From Mayamaea pseudoterrestris (Eukaryota), in the NCBI GenBank assembly GCA_027923505.1, contig BROI01000008.1, forward strand, positions 434,001 through 498,000: DNA of 64,000 nucleotides, in the 5' to 3' direction. The first letter of the stretch is position 1. The number at the start of each line of letters is the position of its first letter. A program made the position numbers and the translations under genes. Under the pieces are notes generated by a model. The model was not told the DNA's origin, ran no database searches, and saw nothing but the letters and a program-made list of their open reading frames with translations. Of this stretch, positions 35,573-46,618 are shown piece by piece.

Positions 35573-35821
35573 TTAGATGCTTTGTGGAGCAGTTGGGTAG
35601 TGAGCTCGTAACACTTAATGTTTGTACCGGTATATCCTGGAAAAGACGAGTGTAGTTTCACCAATTTGTGTCATCAACTATCATAACAGACAAACTGTTA
35701 ATGCTGTCGCTACCTACAGTTTTACCGGTATTACCGCTCGTCGCGTTACTTGGCAAATTTTCATTACCACTGAGACTCAGCGACACGATGCATCTCGACG
35801 TCCAACATGCACAAATCCACC

Positions 35822-38800
35822 ATGGCGACCGCATCATCTCCCAGCAAACCATACAACCCGTTTGACGACGTTGACAGCTTTGCCGAAGACTCCAATACCA
35901 CTAACAAAAATAAGAATTCGTTTGAAATTGATACAAAATCCTTTCTCTTCGCTCAGGATGACTTAAGAACAACGCAGCTAAAGCAAGTAGCACCTGCTAA
36001 TGCCGAGGCGTCCTTCCAGTACTTGGGTGACATCCCTTATCGACGCGTTCCCATATATTCCAATGTCAAATGGGCGCATCGCAGTCATTTTCGCTCTCAA
36101 AAAGTCGCATCCGACGACCAACTTGAGCGACAAATGAGTAATATGAATACGCGACTCGTCGGCTGTCCTAATGGAGGGCCAGTTGCAACCATATCCGTTC
36201 CTCTAAAATCATCAACAACGTCGCAATTGCGCTTGCAGACCAACGCGGGGGTCACGATTGCGGTCATGGACTTTCCGCCGCCGCCCAGTGCAACTCTTTT
36301 AAAGCAATACAGTGCTGCCGACATTTTGACAGTTGGCTTCACAAGTCGAGCAATTCTCGTCGTGGTTTTGCAGGATTCTTTGTGCTACACGTACGATTTG
36401 GCGCTTCAAGATGTGATTTCGCCCTTTTACATTCTTCCGGGCGCGTCGACGGAGCTTCAGCACGCGACTGTCTACGAGGGAGGAGTCGCCGTTCTGGCCA
36501 AGAATAAATTGTCGGCTATTGTTGAGTTACTCGACGTCCACGACGATCCGTCTTATTCAAACAATGCTCACGTGGCGGCTCGCGTTGTCACTTCTGCAAG
36601 CGCATCGACGGAAGCAAACACAATGGGAGACTTAACAACTACTGCCGCCTCTTCATACTACGCCTTAGTGACACCTCTGCCGACGGCTGTTTACGCTAGC
36701 GAGCACTTCTTATCCTACCTTTCCCTGGCCGTATTGCCGCGTCAACGAACAGCTTCACGGCATCCCGAAGTTTTTATCTCCACGACGGATAACAGCGTTA
36801 TTGTTTGTCGAGTCGATACAATCGAAATTCTTGATGTGGACTGCCGTGCTCGCATGGTTTCTCCAATTGTTGACATGGCGCTTGCACCGAATGGACGATT
36901 TTTGGCCTGCTTTACCGAGTCGGCCGTACTGACCGTCATCTCCACCTCGTTTGATACCAAAGTACTTGACTTTGATACTTCGGAAGGCTCAAACGCGCCG
37001 CCTATTGATATGAAATGGTGTGGAGAGGACAGTGTAGTCCTGTATTGGAAGAATATTGGGATTCTAATGGTCGGGCCTTTTGGTGATTGGTTGCGTTTTC
37101 CTTACGAAGGAACAGAGAATGTCTATATCATTCCAGAGATTGATTGCTGTCGGGTCGTTACCGATTCTGCGGTGGAGATACTCCAGCGAGTGCCTCCAGT
37201 GACGGCGCAGTTGCTCCGTTTGGGGAGCATTGACGCGAGCGCAATGCTGTTGGATGCTTCAGACGATTTTGCAGCTGGTTCGCCGGCGGCTAATACAGCC
37301 ATTCGGGAAATTGATCCGAACATGCTGGTAGAAGCGATTGAAACGTGCGTAGAGGCGGCGGCGAAGGAGTTTGATATCTTGACGCAGAAGCGATTGCTGC
37401 GAGCGGCGTCGTACGGCATGCAGTTTTTTTACAAATCTAAAACGAATTACTCACTGATTATGGGTGGGCCTGCGGATGGATCGGAGCAAGACCTTAGCGT
37501 TCTGCCGTCGCCTGTGGCCGTTAAGTTTGTCAAGATTTCTAGGAAAATACGGTGTTTAAATCAATTAAGGAATCCTCGGGTTGGTTTTGTCCTGACGTCG
37601 GCGCAGTATGATGCGATCACACCGATGGGGGTTACTGCTCGATTATGCATGATGAAGCGACCAAGTCTGGCGGTAGCAATTAGCAAGTATTTGCATCTTC
37701 CTCACATGGTCCAGCTGTATTCGCGAGCTCAAAAGGCATGTGCGTTGGTGGAAGCGGAAACCGATTTGTCTGATTCAGAATTGGCCGAGCAGGCCATCGA
37801 AATTGTTAATGGGAAACCAGCCTCAGATGTCGCACCATGCATTAATCGCGGAGGATACGCGACAGTTGCTTTGTCTGCGAGCAGAGCTGGTCACCCAGGC
37901 GTGGCAAATTTGCTTCTTATGCTCGAGTCAAGCGTTGCCGACAAGGTTCCTACGCTGTTGTCGAACGGATCGTACGCCGACGCCATTGCGGTGGCGACAA
38001 CTCATCGAGATGCTGACTACATATTTCATATTATAGTGGAGTATGAAAGGTCGCTGTCCAAAACGTTGGGCGGGGATGCGGCAAAGGCGCAATCAGCGCT
38101 CTTTGCGACAGTATCTTTGAAATTTACCCCCGAAGCTTTCCATACGCTCTGCAGATACTTGTTATCAGTCACCGCAACGGTCAAGGACGCCTCTAAACTT
38201 CTGCTTCGAGCCCAACGATATACGGATGCAGGCTCGACGATTGCCATCAGAGCATTGAAACAGACGGACCCGCGCGAACGTCACGGAATGCTGCTTGAGG
38301 CGTCTCGCGTCTTTGGATCGGGAAAGGAAACAGCATTCCAAAAGTCTTGTACCGATGACCAAGTTGAGCTTCTGAAGGATCTTGATACAATTAAAACCAA
38401 GTATTCGTCGATTCATATTGAAGTGGACGGCTGCAGCATCGTAAGTACCATATCAGCTCTTATCCATGCCGCTTCTCTGCATGAAAGGGAACAGCATCGT
38501 CTTTTGTCGGACGTTGACAAAATTGCCAGGAAATATCGCGTCTCGGAGAAGAGACTGTGGGCGGTTAAGGTCAAGGCGTTTTCGGACAGCAGACAATGGA
38601 GCAACCTTCGAACTCTGGCGGAATCGAAAAAATCGCCCATCGGGTACAAGCCTTTCGCTCGTGCGGCAATACGAGGGAAGCAGCCTATCTCGGAAGTGCT
38701 CCGATATGTGAGTCGTGTCGCTCTCCCGGAAGATAAGTACGACTTGCTCGTTGAGAGCAAGCTGTGGAAAGATGCCCTCGAAGAGGCATTCAAATTGAAG

Positions 38801-38890
38801 GATAATCGACGCATCCTGAATGTGAAGGGTTTATGTAACGACTCAGACCTGCAAATCGTTGCTGACCAAATGCTCGGCCGTATTGCGTGA
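35822..38890 (+). CDS. VPS16: Vacuolar protein sorting 16 (HOPS/CORVET core)
   Basis: GCPNGGPVA, MKWCGEDSV, PEIDCCRV, QKRLLRAASYG and KKSPIGYKPF motifs in a ~1020-aa ORF. Confidence 0.93.
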   Translation: MATASSPSKPYNPFDDVDSFAEDSNTTNKNKNSFEIDTKSFLFAQDDLRTTQLKQVAPANAEASFQYLGDIPYRRVPIYSNVKWAHRSHFRSQKVASDDQLERQMSNMNTRLVGCPNGGPVATISVPLKSSTTSQLRLQTNAGVTIAVMDFPPPPSATLLKQYSAADILTVGFTSRAILVVVLQDSLCYTYDLALQDVISPFYILPGASTELQHATVYEGGVAVLAKNKLSAIVELLDVHDDPSYSNNAHVAARVVTSASASTEANTMGDLTTTAASSYYALVTPLPTAVYASEHFLSYLSLAVLPRQRTASRHPEVFISTTDNSVIVCRVDTIEILDVDCRARMVSPIVDMALAPNGRFLACFTESAVLTVISTSFDTKVLDFDTSEGSNAPPIDMKWCGEDSVVLYWKNIGILMVGPFGDWLRFPYEGTENVYIIPEIDCCRVVTDSAVEILQRVPPVTAQLLRLGSIDASAMLLDASDDFAAGSPAANTAIREIDPNMLVEAIETCVEAAAKEFDILTQKRLLRAASYGMQFFYKSKTNYSLIMGGPADGSEQDLSVLPSPVAVKFVKISRKIRCLNQLRNPRVGFVLTSAQYDAITPMGVTARLCMMKRPSLAVAISKYLHLPHMVQLYSRAQKACALVEAETDLSDSELAEQAIEIVNGKPASDVAPCINRGGYATVALSASRAGHPGVANLLLMLESSVADKVPTLLSNGSYADAIAVATTHRDADYIFHIIVEYERSLSKTLGGDAAKAQSALFATVSLKFTPEAFHTLCRYLLSVTATVKDASKLLLRAQRYTDAGSTIAIRALKQTDPRERHGMLLEASRVFGSGKETAFQKSCTDDQVELLKDLDTIKTKYSSIHIEVDGCSIVSTISALIHAASLHEREQHRLLSDVDKIARKYRVSEKRLWAVKVKAFSDSRQWSNLRTLAESKKSPIGYKPFARAAIRGKQPISEVLRYVSRVALPEDKYDLLVESKLWKDALEEAFKLKDNRRILNVKGLCNDSDLQIVADQMLGRIA

Positions 38891-38974
38891 AATAGATCAT
38901 AACGAAAGAAATTATAAATACTGGCAGATTTATTGATACCCTACGTATCCTACTTTTATGTGCGGCAAAAACAC

Positions 38975-41284
38975 CTAGCTTGTTGTTACGCGCCCAAGTT
39001 CGCGTGTGTTGTAAGAGCCGCACTTGCACTTGAGCCCAACAAAATGATAAGGGGCCTGGCCAGTTTCGCAACAGTCCTGGCAGTAGATGCTACTGACCGT
39101 CGACAAATAGGCGGCGGGCATGGGTTGCATCCGAATTGCATTGTCGAGGAGGGAATACAGTTCTTTCATTTCTTCCATCGATCGATGGCACAGCGGGCAC
39201 GTGTGAGAGTGTCGTCTGTATTCCGTGTAGCAGCTCATATGCATCACATGTCCGCATTTTAATCCTCGCAGGGGTTCCGTCGACTGAAAAAGCTGCTCGT
39301 GACATATCGGGCAGTCGCCTTGGAGTTTCTGTGGGATGCAACGATGCTCTTCATCGCTAAGAGATACGCAGGCGTTGCAGCGCATGCAGTGACGGAAATC
39401 AATGCCCAACCCTTTTCCGAGTCGGCAGATGTTGCAGTACTGCAAGTAAAAAATGATGAGCAATCGAGTAATCATAGAGAGTGTGGCGGCAGAGCAACTT
39501 ACAGGGCAATGAAAAATTTCTCTCTGGCTGTCGTCGAACAAGTTACATATGCGACAAAAGTATCTCGCGAAAGGACGCCCTCGCGACTCGCAATCTGGGT
39601 TAATACAACGATCGTTGGATGGTTGCAGCGCACTGCAATGCATGCACATGATTTCTGTGACTGCGTAAACAATTGAGATAGCAGTGAGAGATCACTTCCC
39701 AAATATCGGGCTCTTTGTAAAGTTTACATGCCGATAATTACCTGCGTATCGATCGAGCGGTTCGTCTTGATCGCGCAGTGGAAGCTCGCGCTGTTGATCA
39801 CAGCACAACCGACACGTATACAGACGACCTGATGTTGGATGACGTAGCTTGCAGCCGCGCGCATAGTGAGGACAACCAAGCACCGTTGCCGCCGCTCCGT
39901 CGTGGTATGTCGGAGCGAGTTCGGCGGCTGAGAACAAAGGAACGCTGCCGTCAGCAGGTAGCTGCGCACTTGTTTCGAGACCATTCCAATCGACAAACGT
40001 GCCACCTTCCGTTTTCTTATAATAAATAGAGGGAGGCGTAAAACAACGACGAGTACGTGTCGTCACAGGAACTCCACTCAGGGCTGTCCCACCTTGTGCT
40101 ATGCTTTGCCTGGACAAAAAAGCCGGCGTCGTCGTTGGAGGAGAGCTATTAACGAGCGTCGCATCCGCTTCTTCAAGCCGCACCCTCGTCCGTTCACGAA
40201 AGACACTGTCTCGGAGACTTTGAATCGTCTGGTTTTTCTGCTCCGCCGACAAGTGTGGATTCGACGCCACCGCCCGAATGAGCTTTTCCATATCAGCCGG
40301 TGAAGTGACTAGTTGCGAATTTAGGCTGGATGCAGCAGCGACGCTTGACATCGTGTCTTCCCGTTGGAGCATGTAATTATTGTGGTTATTTTGATCGGCC
40401 TTGGGCCTCTTGTCAGTCTGCATAGAAACCGTGTACACAGCTGGGCGCTTCTTGTCATTGTCATCGGCAGTGCCTGCAATCGGAGGCGCAGCGTCCTCTC
40501 CTGCCTCAATGTCTCCGTCGTCGTAAAACTTGCCCTTCTCCACCTCCGCCTCTGCATCCATCCACCCACTCATCTGCAGCCACTGATCGAAAAAAGTATT
40601 TTCCATACTTTGTTTCATGTATTTGATCATTTCCTTTCGGTCGTCTACTGCAAGGTTCTGCACCGCCATGGTCATAATGTTGGCAATGGTATCAGCGCTT
40701 CTTCGACCCATAATAAGACCGACCAGCTCAACAATTTCGTTTTTAGAGAGGTACTTGACAACAAGCGGCAGGCACTGCGTTTCTTCCTTTTCAAGATGAT
40801 CCATCAGATGGGTCGCCAGCTGCTCGGTCCTCTGGCTGATATTCATAACAACGCTCAGTTTTTCCTGCTGGTCGCTGCCTTCTTTACGCAAAACTTCATT
40901 TAATTCGGACAAAAGTTGATCCACGGCACTAAACATGCGATCCTCATCCGCATGGTCGTCTTCGTACTCCTTCTGCTTGGGGCTCCCGTGCACTTGGTGC
41001 GTCTTTTCTCGAAGCTTGGGCCATATAAATTGATCTTCCGCTTGACTATGCGCTCGAAAGACACTCCAAATGACAGTGAATCTCCCCGCAACCTTCTTTT
41101 CCAAATCATTGTCTGTTTCTCCTTCCTTAACAATGGCTGCCAGCTTGTTCACGTCCGTATGCAGCGCGCGTAGAGCACCGCGAAGACAATCATGGAGGTG
41201 GATAATCTCCACGAGGGCACAGTCGCCAAAGAGCTCCTTCCGACGCTTCGTGATAATCATTTCTTCGTCTTGATCAGGTTTCAT
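38975..41284 (-). CDS. Hemerythrin + CHY/CTCHY zinc finger + RING-H2 + zinc-ribbon E3 ligase (BRUTUS/HRZ-like)
   Basis: HHE motifs HLHDCLR, HSQAED, DHADED and HLEKEE, then GCPHYARGC, CPIC..CGHVMH..C..CPLC and YHFVGLKCKCGSYNT. Introns at 39661..39741 and 39440..39502. Confidence 0.88.
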
Positions 41285-42112
41285 TCCCTTTAGTGTGTTT
41301 CGCTGTATAAAGGGACAGGAAGGTTCGCAGCAAAGGTGTGTGTCGTGCACGCGATGAAACGAGGCGCGTTGTGCGGTCGCACAAGTGGCGCGCGTGTGTC
41401 CATGCGCTCACATTCGTACCGGTTTTCGGTGCGACAGTGCCTGTTCCAATCGTTGGAAGATGGCGGGATAAATATATTATTACTTCCGGCCTACTAAGTA
41501 GTGGGCATTACGTTTAGACAGACTAATAAAAACATAAACGATTGTCAGATCATTCTAGATGTTCTCTGGCTCGCCGTCTGAACTGCCCGATCATTTCTGT
41601 TTAAACATTAGTATTCATCCTTACCACTCCGAGGCGATGATTAAAGCTCATCAGCTGCAACATTGCTGCTGTGACTGTCACTTTGTGATCGTAAGCAAGC
41701 ACAATAAAAGAGGCATGCAGAAGGTGATAACTCGAGGCCGCGCCGAGCCATAAAACGTTCATCCACACCGACTAAAGCGAGTTGTTTTAGCTTTCTTTTT
41801 TCATTGTATTCGTCCGTATCTCCAATTAACAGCACTTCTAGTCACAAATTCTAACCATTCATTGTCTGCCGCATAAGAGTCAGCCTTGCAAGTGAACACG
41901 ATGCGATCGCCAAGCAGCGTGTAGTGACATTTGACACAGATGCTCTCAAAATGATGCTCATCAAACATGTGTCATGTGCATGTTACCCGCAACATGCTCC
42001 AAAGGCAAAGCGCCAAAAGATCACAATAGATGCGACGAGTGAGAATGGCACTCTCGTGCCATGATTGGTAATTGTCCAGGGGATAATCATTAGCAATCAA
42101 ATTGCTGCTCCA

Positions 42113-43276
42113 TCAACAACATATTGCAACCATTGCTTCGGCTGCTCGGTCGACATCCTCGTCAGATACATCCATGTGCGTGACCGCCCGAAACATGTCT
42201 CCACTCCGACTGTAGCCGCCAGTAAGCTTAATGCCAGACTCTTTAGCAAGAAGCTGTGCAAAGCTGTCTTTCGTAACGGCCGAATGCTCCGGAAGAGCAA
42301 AGAAAACCATATTGGTCTCGACGTGCCGAGCCAGACGAAAGCCATGACATTGTAGTTCTTTCGCCAATCGTTTGGCTCGAATGTGATCGTCTCGAAGGCG
42401 AGAAACATTGTTTTTTAGCGCAAACAAGCCCATGGCGGCAATCACGCCAGATTGACGCATGCCACCCCCGCATCGCTTGCGAGCTCGTCGTGCCAGCCGA
42501 ATAAACTCACCATTTCCCACCAAAACGCTTCCCAGCGGACAACCCAAGCCCTTGGAAAGGCAAATGGAGACGCTATTGGCACCATGGCCCAATGATTTCG
42601 CCGGCACCTTCAACGCTTCAGCGGCGTTGAAAATTCTCGCACCATCCAAATGCAAGTTAATGTCCATTCGCTTGCACAGTTCTCCCATCTGAGCCATATA
42701 GTCATGAGACAAGGGTACACCTCCCATCATATTGTGTGTGTTCTCAAGACAAAGTAAACGAGTGTGCGCGTAATGGTCATCGTCATCCTTTCGACAGGCA
42801 CTAATAATTTCCGATGCATCCAACTGGGCCGTTATTGCGTCTTCCTGTAACTGTCTAGAGCTGACTGCTCCCATGGACGCGTAGTTTCCTCCTTCGTACA
42901 AACATATATGCGAGTTGGCGCCCATGATGATTTCAGCTCCTCGAGTATGGCAGTGAGCCATGATTGCAACAAGATTCGCCATAGTTCCGGTTGGTACAAA
43001 GAGACCAGCTTCCTTGTCAAATAGCTCAGTTGCAGCGTACGACTCCAGCTCACGTACAGTAGGATCCTCTCCCATGACGTCGTCTCCAGTCGTGGCATTA
43101 AGAGCGGCTTCAAGCATGAGTCTCGAGGGAGCCGTGACAGTGTCGCTGCGAAGATCAATGACTCGATCATCGTGCACGAGTGCGGCGTAAAATCTTAATT
43201 GAATGTTCTTGCAATCGACTATTGGACGGCCTCTTATTGAGCATGCCTTTGCAATGAATCTGCCAACCGGTAGCAT
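42113..43276 (-). CDS. Low-specificity L-threonine aldolase (possible organellar presequence)
   Basis: IDLRSDTVT, GDDVMGEDPTV, GTMANL, LENTHN, HLDGARIFNA, CLSKGLGCPLGS and GGGMRQSG. Confidence 0.95.
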   Translation of the reverse strand: MLPVGRFIAKACSIRGRPIVDCKNIQLRFYAALVHDDRVIDLRSDTVTAPSRLMLEAALNATTGDDVMGEDPTVRELESYAATELFDKEAGLFVPTGTMANLVAIMAHCHTRGAEIIMGANSHICLYEGGNYASMGAVSSRQLQEDAITAQLDASEIISACRKDDDDHYAHTRLLCLENTHNMMGGVPLSHDYMAQMGELCKRMDINLHLDGARIFNAAEALKVPAKSLGHGANSVSICLSKGLGCPLGSVLVGNGEFIRLARRARKRCGGGMRQSGVIAAMGLFALKNNVSRLRDDHIRAKRLAKELQCHGFRLARHVETNMVFFALPEHSAVTKDSFAQLLAKESGIKLTGGYSRSGDMFRAVTHMDVSDEDVDRAAEAMVAICC

Positions 43277-43479
43277 TGTGCCAGAATCCAGGATCGAAAA
43301 CAATTCCCATGGTCACGAATGAAACGAACCGACGAGAGAGTGATCGGGCTGACGCAGTGCCGGTAAGACGAATATCTTCTTTACAGTGACGGTGAGACAT
43401 TTCAGACTTCGCCAGACCATCAAGTTTTTACTCCGCGACACTTTACCCTTTATTCTATTACATCGTCTCGCCACTCTAC

Positions 43480-44673
43480 ATGGCTGCTAACAAGGTGGAC
43501 TGTCTTGTCATTGGATCTGGTGTTATTGGTTTGGCATGCGCTAGAAGTTTGGCGAGACGTGGCCGAGAAGTCCTCATTATCGACAAGGCGGCGACCATTG
43601 GTGCCGAAACGTCCTCGCGAAACTCTCAAGTCATTCATAGTGGAATCTACTATCCTAAAAATTCATTCAAGGCTCGATTTTGTGTTCAAGGACGAAAACG
43701 GCTTTATGATTACTGTCACGAGTGGAACATACCAGTAAACCAATGCGGCAAACTCATTGTCGCAACCTCGGAAGAACAATTCCACTCGACAATACAACCG
43801 CTACATAAACAAGCCCAACAAAATGGAGTCGAAGATACAAGAATCTTGTTCAGTGACGAGGTAAAAGAGATGGAGCCTCTTGTATCATCCTTTGGCGCGC
43901 TGTACTCGCCATCGACTGGCGTTGTGAACGCACATGCTTTCATGACGAGCATGTTAACAGACGCCGAATCAAACGGGGCAATGCTTGCATTGCGTTCCAC
44001 AGTCCTTGACGCTCGCAGGGAGCAAAATAAATGTTTATCGCTGTATGCGGAAGGTACATGGATTACTGCCAGGCACGTTGTCAACGCCAGTGGCCTCTGG
44101 TCTGATCGCATTGCCAGATTGATTCATCAACGCCTTGCGACTTGCAGTACGATCGACAATACCAAGTCGCAATGGCAGCCTCCGCGACAATACCTTTGCA
44201 AAGGAACATACTTTCGACTACAAGATGACAATCCACCGCCATTTCGTCACTTGATTTACCCAGTTCCTGACCAGCGAGGAGGCCTAGGAATCCACGCGAC
44301 CATTGACATGGCGGGGCAGGTCAAGTTTGGCCCCGATGTCGAGTGGCTCGATGCAAACGATGACCCCGATGCCATTGACTACAATCCGGATCCCAGTCGA
44401 GCCGACGCCTTTTATGAAGCCATTCGATCGTACTTTCCAATTTTGAGCGACAACTCATTGCAGATTGACTATACAGGTGTCCGGCCGAAGTTAACGTATC
44501 CGTCGATAGAATGTGGCGCAAACGCCCTGCTGTTTCGTGATTTTCACTTTGCGACGGAGAAACATCATGGTTTGCTTGGTCTTATGCACTTGTTCGGTAT
44601 GGAAAGCCCTGGTCTGACAAGCTCCATGGCTATTGCCGAGTATGTGTGTGATGAACTGTTGAAAAATGGTTGA
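43480..44673 (+). CDS. L2HGDH: L-2-hydroxyglutarate dehydrogenase family FAD oxidoreductase
   Basis: VIGSGVIG, TSSRNSQVIHSGIYY, CGKLIVAT, LIYPVP..GLGIHAT, FGPDVEW and GMESPGLTSS. Confidence 0.9.
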   Translation: MAANKVDCLVIGSGVIGLACARSLARRGREVLIIDKAATIGAETSSRNSQVIHSGIYYPKNSFKARFCVQGRKRLYDYCHEWNIPVNQCGKLIVATSEEQFHSTIQPLHKQAQQNGVEDTRILFSDEVKEMEPLVSSFGALYSPSTGVVNAHAFMTSMLTDAESNGAMLALRSTVLDARREQNKCLSLYAEGTWITARHVVNASGLWSDRIARLIHQRLATCSTIDNTKSQWQPPRQYLCKGTYFRLQDDNPPPFRHLIYPVPDQRGGLGIHATIDMAGQVKFGPDVEWLDANDDPDAIDYNPDPSRADAFYEAIRSYFPILSDNSLQIDYTGVRPKLTYPSIECGANALLFRDFHFATEKHHGLLGLMHLFGMESPGLTSSMAIAEYVCDELLKNG

Positions 44674-44730
44674 CGATAGCCAAGTAGCCAAAAATTATTG
44701 CACATTATAGCACTACAACTATACGTATAC

Positions 44731-45510
44731 TCATTTTCGTCTTTCTATACTATGACTCGCTCGTTTCACCATTCCGTCGATTGCCTGGATCATTAAATCT
44801 GTATTCGATCCAACGGGATCTGTCGTAAGAATGGGGATTGTTACATTTAAGCTCTCGATCGCCTCCTTGACAAGCTGCGGAATGTCTTCCTGCACATGCC
44901 GACCAGGACTCAAAAAATATGGGTGACAAACGATTTCATCAACGCCCGATTCAAGTAGACATTCAATTCCGTCCCTGATAGATGGGGCTGCAATCTCCAT
45001 GTGCGCAGCCGTAACAATCGTTTTGGAGGCATCGGCAACAGATTGTTGATACAGTCGCGCCAACTCCAAGAGGCGCTGATTTGCGTCAGGCCGACGCGAG
45101 CCATGATCGATCAGTAAAACACCTGTTCGTCTACTTTGGATTGAAAGCTTGTCGCCGACAACTTTATCCGGCGTTCCGTGTGTGTATTCATGAGGCGAAA
45201 TCGTTGGGTCAAAGAACTCTGCGTCGTCCGTGGCAACTGACTCGTGGAGTGTTGGTGGCGGCACATTTAATCGATCCATTTGCAACGGCCTTCGCTCTCG
45301 TGTAATTGAGATTTCTCGCGGTCTCTCGTCCGGATTAATCCCATTTGGATATGCGTGTGGGCTCAAAAGAGGATCAAAGTAGTCGAACAAGTCTTGATCC
45401 TCGTCATCGGACGATTGCGCAACTGATGAAAATCGACAAATCGCCCTTCTTGGCGTAAATAATGTTAAACTATAGCAAAAAACCACTTTTGAAAGCATAA
45501 TATACAACAT
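44731..45510 (-). CDS. SIRB: Sirohydrochlorin ferrochelatase (SirB/CbiX class II chelatase), probably plastid-targeted
   Basis: LLIDHGSRR, AHMEIAAPSI and HPYFLSPGRHVQEDIP, with a hydrophobic N-terminus. Confidence 0.88.
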   Translation of the reverse strand: MLYIMLSKVVFCYSLTLFTPRRAICRFSSVAQSSDDEDQDLFDYFDPLLSPHAYPNGINPDERPREISITRERRPLQMDRLNVPPPTLHESVATDDAEFFDPTISPHEYTHGTPDKVVGDKLSIQSRRTGVLLIDHGSRRPDANQRLLELARLYQQSVADASKTIVTAAHMEIAAPSIRDGIECLLESGVDEIVCHPYFLSPGRHVQEDIPQLVKEAIESLNVTIPILTTDPVGSNTDLMIQAIDGMVKRASHSIERRK

Positions 45511-45869
45511 CTTTATTGTCTTGTCCAAGCGCTTTTCAAATAATCTTTTGCGCTCAGCGACGGCCTCGATCTTTGAACTGCCATGGCGGTGATGAAGCGT
45601 CGCATCTTCCGAAAACGTGACGCGGCGGCGCGGTCGTCCGTTTTTCCTCCGCTAGCTATTCCACCGGTGACTACTTCGTTCCTCGTGGTACAGTACAAGT
45701 GCCTCCTAGTTATCGCTATACTCTACCGTAATAGTTTTTATTTTCAGATATCATATTATAGGAATGTTCAGTCTTACTGAATTTGATTACCATTTACCAT
45801 CCATATTACTCACACTAACACCGTTCTGTCCAGCCACTTGGGTGCCATGAGCCATCCTATGTGAAACTC

Positions 45870-46491
45870 TCAGAGCACAAGCCCCATGAAGGCTCCACCC
45901 GCCAGGCCAAGCGCCGCATTTCGCTGTCGTTGCACAAACGTCTGAATGGTGCCCGGATTCAACCGACGGTGGACTTGCTGTCTGTAATTCGATGCTTGCT
46001 GGAAGAATGTCTCCTTGACATTATTCATTATCGTACTATGCTCTTCCGAAAGTTTGATATGCTCCAATGCACCACTGTAATGAAGAATTTCCGCACTAAG
46101 AGTTCAGCAAAAGGGAGATGATAAATGAGGGTATAACTTCCACGATAACAGTATAACGAGACATGCTTATCATATTGCTCGCAATGGCAGTGTCCGCAAA
46201 AACTTACGCAACGTATGCCGCCACCCCAATCTTGGCTGCCTTGTAGGCTGAGTTAGCGACTATCCGTGTCACTACAAAGCCCGTCAGTCCTGAAGCAATC
46301 AACTGGTTTCGTGGAGAGAGCTGATGAAACGTGTTTCCGATTTTAGTTGCCACCGTCTTGACAAAGCCGACGCCGTCTTCCATAGACTCTTCCATATCAC
46401 GAATGACATTTGACGCTACCAAAGACGGCCGTGAACAATAAACCAAGTATAGGATCAGGAAGCGAGCAATGTTTCTGGATGAAAGCACCAT
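45870..46491 (-). CDS. FUN14-like small membrane protein
   Basis: Two exons (intron 46075..46207) give QLIASGLTGFV...KAAKIGVAAYVAGALEH...GLAGGAFMGLVL, a FUN14-like pattern. Confidence 0.55.
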
Positions 46492-46618
46492 ATTGAAAGT
46501 TTTGTGCGAGCGAAGTCGAGCGGGAATTCACGAGAACCGGTCCGACATCCACGCGTCAAAGATTTGCCTCGACTCTCTTCCATCAATCGCATGCTCAAAA
46601 CCATCACCATCGAACACC

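Noticed and set aside
41300..42110. Small gene or iron-responsive element upstream of the BRUTUS-like gene
   Set aside because: Only short ORFs without motifs are present. The GC-rich boxes do not convincingly match any motif I can state with confidence.
46469..46618. 5' overlap of the NTPase ORF with the FUN14-like gene
   Set aside because: The ATG at 46619 in a cacc-ATG context is the more plausible start. The upstream in-frame stretch looks like UTR or promoter.
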